A stretch of DNA of 32,000 nt from Promethearchaeum syntrophicum (GTDB taxonomy: Archaea; Asgardarchaeota; Lokiarchaeia; Sigyniarchaeales; Promethearchaeaceae). A model generated the notes under the pieces. The model was not told the DNA's origin. It did not search any database and saw nothing but the letters and a program-made list of their open reading frames with translations. Shown one piece after another: positions 19,304-28,132 of the stretch. The first letter of the stretch is position 1. Every line of letters begins with the position of its first letter. Location: NCBI RefSeq assembly GCF_008000775.2, contig NZ_CP042905.2, positions 3,600,001 to 3,632,000 of the forward strand. Reading direction: 5' to 3'. The position numbers and the translations under genes are program-made.

Positions 19304-19551
19304 AGTTGTCAATCTTCTCTCTCACAGTATTAAATTTCTTAAATTTTTATTAATTTTGAATAAATTTCGCAATTAAACTTTACAAGAACTTTAAAAGAAC
19401 TTCTAATTCAATTAAATATAATGCAACTTATTTAAGACAAAAATAAATAAAATCGCCAATAATCGGTCTACATGATAATAATTGGATTCTAGAACGTTTA
19501 GGTATACACTCTGATTATATTAAATTAGAAACTATTATTGGAGAAAAAAAA

Positions 19552-19833
19552 ATGTATAACTTTCAATATTTCGATTTTGTAGAATTGTTCGCACAGGTTC
19601 AAGAACAATTCTTAGGCCTAAATTTATTATTTCAGATTTTAATTCTGATCGGACTGGGATTGATGACATACGGGATTTTTGCCTTAATTTATCAAGTGAT
19701 TAAAGCAGCATTTACGCTAGTTTTTGAAGTGGTAAAACAGTCATTCAACTTAGCTATTACTGTCATTAAAAGTCTTGGTGTAATTTTTAGCAGCGTTTTC
19801 GATCCAAGGCCTAAATATGAAGTAGAAGCATAA
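19552..19833 (+). CDS. small hypothetical membrane-associated protein
   Basis: 93 aa; TM LLFQILILIGLGLMTYGIFALI. Confidence 0.45.
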   Translation: MYNFQYFDFVELFAQVQEQFLGLNLLFQILILIGLGLMTYGIFALIYQVIKAAFTLVFEVVKQSFNLAITVIKSLGVIFSSVFDPRPKYEVEA

Positions 19834-19900
19834 TCGAATGCTTAAACTTTATTTTTTTTTCCTTTCTTATCCACTTTGATTGATTTTCTCGTTGTTGAAT

Positions 19901-21178
19901 TTATTTTGTATGTTCCCGTATTATTTTCTGAGCAACTGCGTAACTACTTGAGATTGCTACACCTAATCCAGTTCCGTCACGAAATTCATCTTCATCAGTG
20001 CATTGACTCATTAAAAACGCAGCAGATCCTATCGCAAATACCTTAGAACAATCTTTTGTCGAATTAATTTCAAAATCATGCCCTAATCCCCCTGGAAATT
20101 CTAAATTGAGCTCGTGAAATTTATTGGCTAGCTCAGCTTCATCAGCTAAAAAACCTTTAACGAAAAGAGATCCTGTAGCAATAACAACATTTTTTGCCAA
20201 GATTTGAACTTTCTCCCCTTTCACTTTTTCAAATATACAATTCCAGTTTAATCCATGCCGTTCAAGCGAAGTTAAAACAAAGCCTTTATTTATCTGGGTT
20301 GACAACAATTCAAGTTTTTGCTCAAACTGATTGAACAATCGTCTAGACATCAAAGAGGTAGATAAAGCGGCTAATTCAAAACTCTTTCCAAGTAAATGAT
20401 TGTTTAATGAGGAGATTACTTTTTTTGGCTCAATTCCTAAAACTGGTGGAAATAAATAATAAGAAATTTTATCGAATTGTTCTTTTGGATATTGATTTCC
20501 TACCTCGTTTTTTATATAGTTTGCAAGTATACCCATAGAGAGCTTTTGTGAATCGAAAAATGCAGCAAGATTATTTAAACTTATTTTATCATCTTGGATT
20601 TTTTCCGCTAAATCAGAATCAATTTGAGCAAATAATTCAGAAAGTGATAAAGTTAAAACGAGAAATTTACCAGGGAATTGAGATTGAAGCCCTTTCGCAA
20701 CTAAATGCATAGCAGAATTATTAAATTCTTCAAATTCTATTAGCACACATAGGGATTCAGGATTAAATTTATCAAAATCTTTAAAAATTGTATCCCATAG
20801 TCCAACGCATAGTTTTAAATTTCCCAACATGGTAAGAATGGGTTGATTTATGTAATTATTCCCATCTTTGAATGCAAGAAAATTGGGAAACGCTTTAAAA
20901 AACTCATCCAGAGAATCATTTATCAAATCCATTCCGATTTTTGCATATGGATGTTGAGGGATTGAAACTTGAAATTTAGCCAATTCTATCGACAGATTTT
21001 CGCATGGAAAGTTCAGTAAATCGATCGTGCCTGCCCATAAGTTGCTAGCACCATATCCTGCAGAATAGATTTTACAATTTACACCATTTGTAGTGAGTAA
21101 ACGAGCTAGGTTCATTCCACTGTAGCCTCCCCCGACAATGCATACTTCGCATATTTCTGTGGGATCCATATCTTTCAT
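19901..21178 (-). CDS. glpB: anaerobic glycerol-3-phosphate dehydrogenase subunit B-like FAD protein
   Basis: 425 aa; EVCIVGGGYSGMNLARLL, GASNLWAGTIDLL, NVVIATGSLFVKGF, GHDFEINSTKDCSKVFAIGSAA; ATGA overlap with glpA-like gene. Confidence 0.75.
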   Translation of the reverse strand: MKDMDPTEICEVCIVGGGYSGMNLARLLTTNGVNCKIYSAGYGASNLWAGTIDLLNFPCENLSIELAKFQVSIPQHPYAKIGMDLINDSLDEFFKAFPNFLAFKDGNNYINQPILTMLGNLKLCVGLWDTIFKDFDKFNPESLCVLIEFEEFNNSAMHLVAKGLQSQFPGKFLVLTLSLSELFAQIDSDLAEKIQDDKISLNNLAAFFDSQKLSMGILANYIKNEVGNQYPKEQFDKISYYLFPPVLGIEPKKVISSLNNHLLGKSFELAALSTSLMSRRLFNQFEQKLELLSTQINKGFVLTSLERHGLNWNCIFEKVKGEKVQILAKNVVIATGSLFVKGFLADEAELANKFHELNLEFPGGLGHDFEINSTKDCSKVFAIGSAAFLMSQCTDEDEFRDGTGLGVAISSSYAVAQKIIREHTK

Positions 21179-22812
21179 AATTCCATCGCACCTCCCATGT
21201 AATACATATATTTTGATAATTTGATCTGTCGTTTTAGCTGTTCATCAGCCATTTCTTGAGTTTTCCATCTTTCTTCCATTGCGTATTTTAATTCCCTCAT
21301 AATTTGAGAATGAGACTTTTTGGACCATTTTGCTTCTAAATTTGCAATTTTATAGGCGCAGAATTGCGCTTGGCATGATCCCATCCCTTGTCGGGTTCTG
21401 CGTCGATAATCATCAAGAACTTCCACTCCTAAATTTTCTCTGACCCATAACAATTCAGGCTCAGAAACTTTTTCACATTCACAAATGATTCTAGGGATCC
21501 CAGATTTGATATTTGAGTCCAAACACGATAAACACAACTCTACGAGCTCGTCAGTGAAAGTTCCCCATTTTAAACTCATATCATGAGCAATTCTATCACT
21601 AACATGAAAAGAATCTTGGATTTCCTTTTTCGATACTATTCGTTCTCCACCGGGTAAAACCATTGTATCTGTTTGACATTTTTCTTCAATACCTAATTTT
21701 TGGCAAACTAAATCGGAAACTCGTTCTGCCATTAAGCGATAAGTTGTCATTTTACCCCCAAAAATAGTAACCAAACCGGATATTCCTTCTTCTTCGTAAT
21801 CGATGATGGAAAACTTTCTGGTAGCTTCTCTCATCGAACCAGAAGAGGATATTAATGGTCGTGCTCCTGAAAAAAAGCGAATAACGCGATATTTTGAAAG
21901 GCTAGGTATTAAAATTTCCCCTAATGAAAGTAACGCTTCGATCTCTTCCGAAGTAGCCATTAAACAATCCAGGTTTTCACTCGAAACCGGAATAGAAGAG
22001 GTTCCCACTAAAACTGATTGGTGACTTGGAACAATGATATCCCCATTTCCCGCTGGTTTCATCCGATTAATGATGCTGTTTACAAGTCTCTGATTAATTA
22101 CGAGTAATGTCCCTTTTGTAGGGGTAATATTTAATTTTCTGTCGATTGGCAGACCTTTTTCAATTTTTTGCGCCCACGGTCCGGTTGCATTGATAATGAT
22201 ATATGCAAATGCCTTAACCGTCTTATTATTGAGTTTATCGTAATATTCTACACCTTTTACTTGATTTTTTTCAATTAATAGTTTGGTCACTTCACAGTAA
22301 GTTTGAATTTTCGCTCCATGTTGAAGGGCATCAAGAGCGTTATAAATTGTTAATAGAAAAGGATCAACGTAAGCATCGTTTACTTTAAAAACGCGCTGAA
22401 TTTTTGGGTTGCAATTTGGTTCTTTTTTGAAAAACTCTTTCGGCGAGATTTCTTTATGATCTATTCCCAGTTTTTGACATACAAGATGGAGTTTATCACC
22501 ATATTTATTGTCTTCATCAGTGATGCCTACAAAATATCCTCCACAAGGATCGATTATATGGGGAGCAATTTTTTTCAAAATCTCATTTTCTTTAGAACAT
22601 TCAATGGCAGCTTCTGGATCTTTGACAGCGTATCTTACTCCAGAATGAAGCATACCATGATTTCGACCAGTAGTTCCCTCACTGAGATCACTTTTCTCTA
22701 ATAAAAGAACAGATAATCCTCGCAAAGTGAGATCTCGACAAATTCCCGCCCCAGTAACTCCACCACCAATAACAATACAATCAAATTTTGCATCTAATTC
22801 CATAAAATTCAA
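21175..22812 (-). CDS. glpA: anaerobic glycerol-3-phosphate dehydrogenase subunit A-like, FAD domain plus C-terminal BFD-like [2Fe-2S] domain
   Basis: 545 aa; DCIVIGGGVTGAGICRDLTLRGLSVLLLEKSDLSEGTTGRNHGMLHSGVRYAVKDPEAAIEC; C-terminal CECEKVSEPEL...TRQGMGSCQAQFC. Confidence 0.88.
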   Translation of the reverse strand: MNFMELDAKFDCIVIGGGVTGAGICRDLTLRGLSVLLLEKSDLSEGTTGRNHGMLHSGVRYAVKDPEAAIECSKENEILKKIAPHIIDPCGGYFVGITDEDNKYGDKLHLVCQKLGIDHKEISPKEFFKKEPNCNPKIQRVFKVNDAYVDPFLLTIYNALDALQHGAKIQTYCEVTKLLIEKNQVKGVEYYDKLNNKTVKAFAYIIINATGPWAQKIEKGLPIDRKLNITPTKGTLLVINQRLVNSIINRMKPAGNGDIIVPSHQSVLVGTSSIPVSSENLDCLMATSEEIEALLSLGEILIPSLSKYRVIRFFSGARPLISSSGSMREATRKFSIIDYEEEGISGLVTIFGGKMTTYRLMAERVSDLVCQKLGIEEKCQTDTMVLPGGERIVSKKEIQDSFHVSDRIAHDMSLKWGTFTDELVELCLSCLDSNIKSGIPRIICECEKVSEPELLWVRENLGVEVLDDYRRRTRQGMGSCQAQFCAYKIANLEAKWSKKSHSQIMRELKYAMEERWKTQEMADEQLKRQIKLSKYMYYMGGAMEL

Positions 22813-23108
22813 ATCTTAACTTTTTTTTCTACACTTGACTTAATTTTTTAAGATTTTAAGGTTTTAGATTTCTTTTTTTCATTGTATCTCTGTTTTATGC
22901 TAATTTCCAACCTTTTGTAGTCATTGAAAATTGAAATTCTTCTTTTAGATCTGCGATTAATTTTTTATCTCTAGCTGTAAACCAAAAACCTAAACTTAAT
23001 TTAACTTTAAAAAAAAATGACCCTTCCCCGTTAATCCATTGAATGAAAATTGATTCATTTGCATCATAATATAAGTATTTTAAAATGATTTTTTATAATT
23101 CATTATAT

Positions 23109-23612
23109 ATGGAATCATCAGATCGTGGTTTAAAAATAGGAACTATTGCTCCCAATTTCAGTTCCACTAATATTTCAGATGATAAGATTTTTGATCTCCA
23201 TGATGAAGTAAAAAAGTACAGAGGCGTCCTCATAAATTTCATTCGTGGTAATTTTTGAAGCCATTGAAATAAATTTTTTACTCGGCTGAAAAAGAAATTC
23301 GAAAAATTCAATGAATTGGATGTTAAACTCGTCGCGATTGCATCTGACACCACGCGAGAACTAAAAAAAATGAGCGAAAAATATGCTATGGTATATATCG
23401 CCGACTTAAATACAAAAGAAATTATTCGTGCGTATGATGCAGAGAAAATTGATAGCACTAAGAAACCGGAAAAAAACCTTAAAATAAAAGATGTGCTTCC
23501 TCTAAGTTATCTACTGAATAATAGGGCAGAAATTGTATGGAGATTTGTAGGTACGAAAGAAAAACGGCCTCCAAATAGAAAGATCTTCGCAGCTATAAAA
23601 AAATATCTATAA
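23109..23612 (+). CDS. candidate selenoprotein: peroxiredoxin-like (AhpC/TSA) with UxxU redox motif; in-frame TGA at 23256..23258 and 23265..23267
   Basis: Reading one frame through two TGAs gives MESSDRGLKIGTIAPNFSSTNISDDKIFDLHDEVKKYRGVLINFIRGNF-U-SH-U-NKFFTRLKKKFEKFNELDVKLVAIASDTTRELKKMSEKYAMVYIADLNTKEIIRAYDAEKIDSTKKPEKNLKIKDVLPLSYLLNNRAEIVWRFVGTKEKRPPNRKIFAAIKKYL. The TGAs sit at the family's FxRGxW-C-xx-C cysteine positions. An in-frame ATG also exists at 23085. The ORF track only reports the 3' part (23316..23612). Confidence 0.82.
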
Positions 23613-23621
23613 TAATGAACA

Positions 23622-23657
23622 CAAATTTATCCGTAAACAAAAAATGGGATAAATTTG
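23622..23657 (+). promoter_or_regulatory. stem-loop just after the stop codon: candidate SECIS element (or terminator)
   Basis: CAAATTTATCC (23622..23632) / GGATAAATTTG (23647..23657), perfect 11 bp, loop GTAAACAAAAAATG; flanked 5' by ATGAACA, 3' by AATTT. Confidence 0.45.
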
Positions 23658-23724
23658 AATTTAGTGCAACCTAAAGTTCATCCTTTTTTAAAATTCAATA
23701 AAAAATTGACCTGTTCAACGATAT

Positions 23725-24291
23725 TTAGGAAATTTTCTTTTGCATTCGTTTTGTTATCTCCTCAGGATGCCAAGGAATGTTTGCCAATGGTTTTTTTCCT
23801 GATTCGATGTTAAGATGAAGGATAGAAAAGCCCTGTAAGTTGAAAAAATCAGATAAATCTTGATTAATACTTTCCTCAGAAGCATTCTTTGAACGTTTGA
23901 AGCTAGCTTCTACCGATTTTAATAATTTTGTAAAATTAATTGCTGAAGACACCGTTTTTTGTCCTCCTGTTGTATAGTATTCAGCGTTATCTAATATCAA
24001 TATTTTCAGATTAGAGGGTTTATAGTATGAAGATGTGACTATTGAACTCATCCCCATCAGAAAACTCCCATCACCTAAAATCACAATAATTTTTCTTTTT
24101 TTCTCTTCTAATGCAATTCCTAAACCTACAGACATTTGTAAACCCAAAGAACCTCTTAGATAAACTTGCGGTTGATCTAAAATGTGAAAAACTTCTCGAC
24201 TGATATTACCAGTTGATCCTACAATTATATCATTTTCATCAATATAGTCTTTTAGTTTTTCAATTACTTCATACCCTTTCATCAGTTTCAT
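23725..24291 (-). CDS. ThDP-binding subunit (beta) of a two-subunit sulfopyruvate/phosphonopyruvate decarboxylase-like enzyme
   Basis: Likely start ATG 24291 (MKLMKGYEVIEKL) giving an ATGA overlap with the upstream gene, not the track start at 24381; GDGSFLMGMSSIVTSSYYKPSNLKILILDNAEYYTTGGQ is the ThDP-Mg binding motif. Confidence 0.78.
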   Translation of the reverse strand: MKLMKGYEVIEKLKDYIDENDIIVGSTGNISREVFHILDQPQVYLRGSLGLQMSVGLGIALEEKKRKIIVILGDGSFLMGMSSIVTSSYYKPSNLKILILDNAEYYTTGGQKTVSSAINFTKLLKSVEASFKRSKNASEESINQDLSDFFNLQGFSILHLNIESGKKPLANIPWHPEEITKRMQKKIS

Positions 24292-24866
24292 TGGCTTAAC
24301 ACTCCTTTTTGAACTAAAAGTGCGACGGGTAACTGAAGTTTTTCCATTGTATCGATCGCTTCTTGCATTGTTTTTTGCCATTCTTCAATTTCTAATACCT
24401 TATAAGGCACTTTTAAGGCATTTAATAAGTCTTCAGTGACTTCTCCCATAATCGAATGTTCAGGAAAATCCCTATCGGGCAATAACCCGCGATAACTAAT
24501 TAAAAGCAGCATAGGTAATTTATATAATTGAGCTAAGGAAGTTAAAGCATCCCCAATATTACCTAAACCACTGTTTTGAAGATACACAATTGCTTTACGA
24601 TTGGTAAATGCCACGCCAGAGGCAATTCCAACTGCTTGATCTTCTCGTGTAGCCAAAATATGCTTGATTTTAGATTGATCAAACTCATTATCAAGATAGA
24701 TTAACAAATCTTTGAAATAGGAGCATGGAACGCCAGTTATTGTCGAGAAATTATTCTCTTCTAAAATTTTCAGAAATAATTTAGGATCAATTATCTCCCA
24801 CATATCATAAAAAAAAAAGGGATTATCGTTTAAAAAAACTATGAATCTGCTCCTATCTATGATCAA
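24288..24866 (-). CDS. ThDP enzyme N-terminal (PYR) subunit (alpha) of the same decarboxylase-like enzyme
   Basis: 192 aa; ITGVPCSYFKDLL...ILATREDQAVGIASGVAFTNRKAIVYLQNSGLGNIGDALTSLAQLYKLPMLLLISYRG. Confidence 0.82.
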   Translation of the reverse strand: MIIDRSRFIVFLNDNPFFFYDMWEIIDPKLFLKILEENNFSTITGVPCSYFKDLLIYLDNEFDQSKIKHILATREDQAVGIASGVAFTNRKAIVYLQNSGLGNIGDALTSLAQLYKLPMLLLISYRGLLPDRDFPEHSIMGEVTEDLLNALKVPYKVLEIEEWQKTMQEAIDTMEKLQLPVALLVQKGVLSQ

Positions 24867-24881
24867 ACATCAGAGTAGTTA

Positions 24882-25406
24882 TTAAAGATTAAAATAATAA
24901 TGAATTTCATTAACATATCCTTCTCCCTTTCGATTTACAAGCCCGTTGGGTAAAATTCCATATTGTTTAAATCCCAATTTTTCATAAAATGCCTTTGCAA
25001 CATAATTATTATCCCAAGTTTCCACCAAAAGCATTCGTCCGCCTTGGTTTTTTGCCCATTCACAAGCAAAATTAAACATCAAGCGACTTAATCCAGTTCC
25101 TCGATAGACTGGTGAGGTGACTACTGAAGATAGGTTAAATTTATCATTAGGTTTTGGACCCAAGCATCCTTCTAATGTACACGTTGCACACAATTCTCCA
25201 TCTATTTCAGCAACCAATCGCACACGAGTAATGTGAGGATCATGAAACCATGCATCTCCTTCTCTTACTTTTAGAATTCCTTCTTCAGAATTCATTTGAT
25301 CAAATAAATATATCACTAATTTAGGGGGATCAAGGTCAAAATTATATTCTCGAAAGGTGACTTTAGTCTCGTTAAAATCAATTATTTGTTGCATTATATT
25401 TAACAC
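24882..25406 (-). CDS. GNAT family N-acetyltransferase
   Basis: 174 aa; SSVVTSPVYRGTGLSRLMFNFACEWAKNQGGRMLLVETWDNNYVAKAFYEKLGFKQYGI. Confidence 0.88.
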   Translation of the reverse strand: MLNIMQQIIDFNETKVTFREYNFDLDPPKLVIYLFDQMNSEEGILKVREGDAWFHDPHITRVRLVAEIDGELCATCTLEGCLGPKPNDKFNLSSVVTSPVYRGTGLSRLMFNFACEWAKNQGGRMLLVETWDNNYVAKAFYEKLGFKQYGILPNGLVNRKGEGYVNEIHYYFNL

Positions 25407-25450
25407 GAGGTAACTATCGTTATAAATTCTGATCCATTACTTCTTCCATA

Positions 25451-26518
25451 ATGGATGAAAATAAAACTCTTTCAAATTTAATTTCCAGAATAAAAAATGA
25501 TCCGACAATACTGGAAACCCATGAATCAATCATTTTAGAAAATGAAATGCGTTTAAAAGAGGATATTAGTTCATTAGACCAATTTTATGAGGCGATTGTT
25601 GATGGATATTACCTTATCGGGCGACGTTCTAAATGTGTTGAATTCACTAAACGTTGGTTATCAATTCATAAAGATCTGTCGCAGAATACAAGAGGAATTG
25701 CAATAGCAAATCATACTATGGGAATAATTTGTCAAGTTTATAAGCATAATCTTCAAAAAGCCGAAGAATATTACAAAAAAGCCTATGATATCACCAAAAA
25801 TAACCCAGATTTAGGTCTTCGAGACATGATGATTTATAATATGGCTAATATCTACCAACATTATAAAGGGGATTATCTAATCGCTTACCCCTATTATAAA
25901 GAAGGGGCAGAAAATGCCCATAAACAAAATAATCCCATTAGAGAAGCCTTTTTCGTGGATCATATGGCAATGAGTATGCATTGGCAGGAAAAATATGATG
26001 AAGCTCTAAAATTATTATACCAATCTCGAAAAATTGTTGCTCATGAAGCACGAGGTGATCACACACTTTATAATAGAATGTTGGAATCCTTAATTTTTCT
26101 TGAATTACATCAATTTTCCAAAGCGTTACAAGGAATGTTGAGTGTTATTGACATTAAAATCATGAATAAAGACGGTTTTACTCACAACGATTATTTGTTA
26201 TGTTTATCTGATATTGCACGAGAATTACCGGCAGAATTTGAGAAATATCAAGAGAAATTAAAACCTATATTAGAAGATAGTTTTACAGAAGAAGAAATTA
26301 TTGATAAAGCGGTTGCATTTGCAGAAACTAATGGAAGAGCAGATATCGTAGGAAAATCATGCTTATATAAAGCCAAATGGTTATGGAAAAATGAACAACA
26401 TGAGGATGCTAAGAAATTACTCAAAAAAGGTTGGAAAATTATTCACGAAGATTATCGAGGTGAAATAGTTCAATTATACAATAAATTTATAAACCAAAAT
26501 CAGATAATTTTAGATTAG
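25451..26518 (+). CDS. tetratricopeptide-repeat protein
   Basis: 355 aa all-helical; AEEYYKKAYDITKNNPDLGLRDMMIYNMANIYQHYKGDYLIAYPYYKEGAENAHK and similar units. Confidence 0.7.
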   Translation: MDENKTLSNLISRIKNDPTILETHESIILENEMRLKEDISSLDQFYEAIVDGYYLIGRRSKCVEFTKRWLSIHKDLSQNTRGIAIANHTMGIICQVYKHNLQKAEEYYKKAYDITKNNPDLGLRDMMIYNMANIYQHYKGDYLIAYPYYKEGAENAHKQNNPIREAFFVDHMAMSMHWQEKYDEALKLLYQSRKIVAHEARGDHTLYNRMLESLIFLELHQFSKALQGMLSVIDIKIMNKDGFTHNDYLLCLSDIARELPAEFEKYQEKLKPILEDSFTEEEIIDKAVAFAETNGRADIVGKSCLYKAKWLWKNEQHEDAKKLLKKGWKIIHEDYRGEIVQLYNKFINQNQIILD

Positions 26519-26563
26519 ATTTACAGAATCATACAGCAATTAAAGAAAAAAAGAATTTCCAAC

Positions 26564-26989
26564 TTAAACTCGTGTGTTTTTGATTTCATAACCACAATGA
26601 CTACAAAAATAAACGGACAAATTTTCTATATTTCTATCTATCTCACTTCCACATTGTAGACAGTATTTCTGATTTCTTCGTATTGTGGTTGGTTTTGGTT
26701 CTGAAGGAGATTGTGCCCTTCTTTGTACGTAATGTTGTGTTCTCCCCCTAGATCGAGCCCTAGAAGCCGAAGAAATTGCCCCTATCACACTTATCATAAT
26801 TATTACCAAATATATCATAGGAAAACTAAAAACACTCGACCTACCAATGAAGAAGAATATTCCGAGAAAGAATAATATACTCGTTATAGAAGATATAATC
26901 AAAAAATTTCTTTGCCTTGGTTGAGAATTTCCATCATTTTCATTTTCTTCCTGATTTTGGGAAGCTATAATCGGTGTCATCCATGCCAT
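26564..26989 (-). CDS. membrane protein with C-terminal zinc ribbon
   Basis: 141 aa; two TMs then YCLQCGSEIDRNIENLSVYFCSHCGYEI; N-terminus MAWMTPIIASQNQEE matches the paralogs at 28133 and 30097. Confidence 0.6.
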   Translation of the reverse strand: MAWMTPIIASQNQEENENDGNSQPRQRNFLIISSITSILFFLGIFFFIGRSSVFSFPMIYLVIIMISVIGAISSASRARSRGRTQHYVQRRAQSPSEPKPTTIRRNQKYCLQCGSEIDRNIENLSVYFCSHCGYEIKNTRV

Positions 26990-27048
26990 TATAATTTAAA
27001 TAAGCGAATTTAGGAATAAAAAAAAAATCCATAATATTCTAGTACTAC

Positions 27049-27077
27049 CATATGCAACCATATGAAAGGTCCATATT
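27049..27077. promoter_or_regulatory. CATATG-type phased repeats upstream of the 26564..26989 gene
   Basis: CATATGCAAC CATATGAAAG then GGTCCATATTA. Confidence 0.4.
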
Positions 27078-27108
27078 AAAAATTAAATAAGAATTCAAAT
27101 GAACTTAA

Positions 27109-27795
27109 GTGATAACGATGAACTTAGGATTTGTAAGATTTAAAAGGAAAAAATACAGGGTAAAACGTGCTAATGATTTTATTACCGGTAAAAAGAGTAG
27201 ATTTCTAACAATAACTAATAAAAAAATCGAAGATATTTCTGAAATCGAAGGTTTAGATAAATTAACCGAACTCCAAGTGTTAAATTTAAGTAATAATAAC
27301 ATTTCCGAAATTCGTGGGCTGGATTCATTGATAAATTTGCATTCACTGATACTAGATGATAACTCTATTCATCAATTAAAAGGATTAGAACATAATTACA
27401 AGCTAAAATATTTATCCATCAATAAGAATAAATTAAGGGAAATTACTGGTCTTGAAAATCTAACCCAATTGCTTTATTTACAATTAATGGACAATGAAAT
27501 TTCAGCGATCTCAGGGTTAGAGACTTTGATTAATTTACAGGAATTATATTTGCGTAAAAATCATATTTCTAAAATCAGAGGCTTAGAAAAAGTAAGGTCA
27601 CTCAAAAAATTAAATTTAGAGAAAAATCAAATTCAAGATCTTGAGGGATTAGAGAATTTGGAAAATCTATTTTGGATTTTTTTGGGAAAAAATCCGGTTT
27701 TTAAAGAAGTAAAGAAGATTAGTAGAACATTTTTGGGATATGCTAAATATCCCCAACGACTTGTGAAATACTGTAAAGACAATCTTCAAAATTGA
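27109..27795 (+). CDS. leucine-rich repeat protein (SDS22/internalin-like 22-residue repeats)
   Basis: 228 aa; LTELQVLNLSNNNISEIRGLDSL, LLYLQLMDNEISAISGLETL, LQELYLRKNHISKIRGLEKV; possible true ATG at 27118. Confidence 0.88.
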   Translation: MITMNLGFVRFKRKKYRVKRANDFITGKKSRFLTITNKKIEDISEIEGLDKLTELQVLNLSNNNISEIRGLDSLINLHSLILDDNSIHQLKGLEHNYKLKYLSINKNKLREITGLENLTQLLYLQLMDNEISAISGLETLINLQELYLRKNHISKIRGLEKVRSLKKLNLEKNQIQDLEGLENLENLFWIFLGKNPVFKEVKKISRTFLGYAKYPQRLVKYCKDNLQN

Positions 27796-28132
27796 AACTG
27801 AGAATAATTGAAAGATCCCATAATTCTTTGGGATTTTCTTTACTACTTTCTTCCAGAACTCACAATATTTCTTTTTCGAAATTCATGTTCACTAATTTCA
27901 CCTTAGTGGAAATAAAATCTATCAAAATCCGAACGATTTTAAATCCCATAAAATCCACGAGAATACACATATTCTTATTCATAAATGAGAGTATATCCTT
28001 GAATCAACCATATATTATCAAAATATAAGCCAAAAGTGAAAAAATAACCGATATATTCTCGGTTAGTGGTCATCTGAACCTAAATGTTGATGACCATAAC
28101 ATTGGGTTGATTACTTTTATTTGAAAAAAATA

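Noticed and set aside
23109-23315. The broken peroxiredoxin as an ordinary pseudogene or a globally recoded genetic code
   Set aside because: Only the two redox-Cys positions are TGA while the rest of the frame is intact, and several genes in the window use TGA as a normal terminator (e.g. the ATGA overlaps), arguing against both; still needs confirmation from Sec machinery.
23093-23458. 121-aa minus-strand ORF in the track
   Set aside because: Antisense to the peroxiredoxin-like read-through frame; the plus-strand frame has clear family motifs, so this ORF is a shadow.
27792-28028. 78-aa plus-strand ORF after the LRR gene (MKLRIIERSHNSLGF...)
   Set aside because: Overlaps the LRR stop, low complexity, and this stretch is largely deleted in the other duplication copy; insufficient support.
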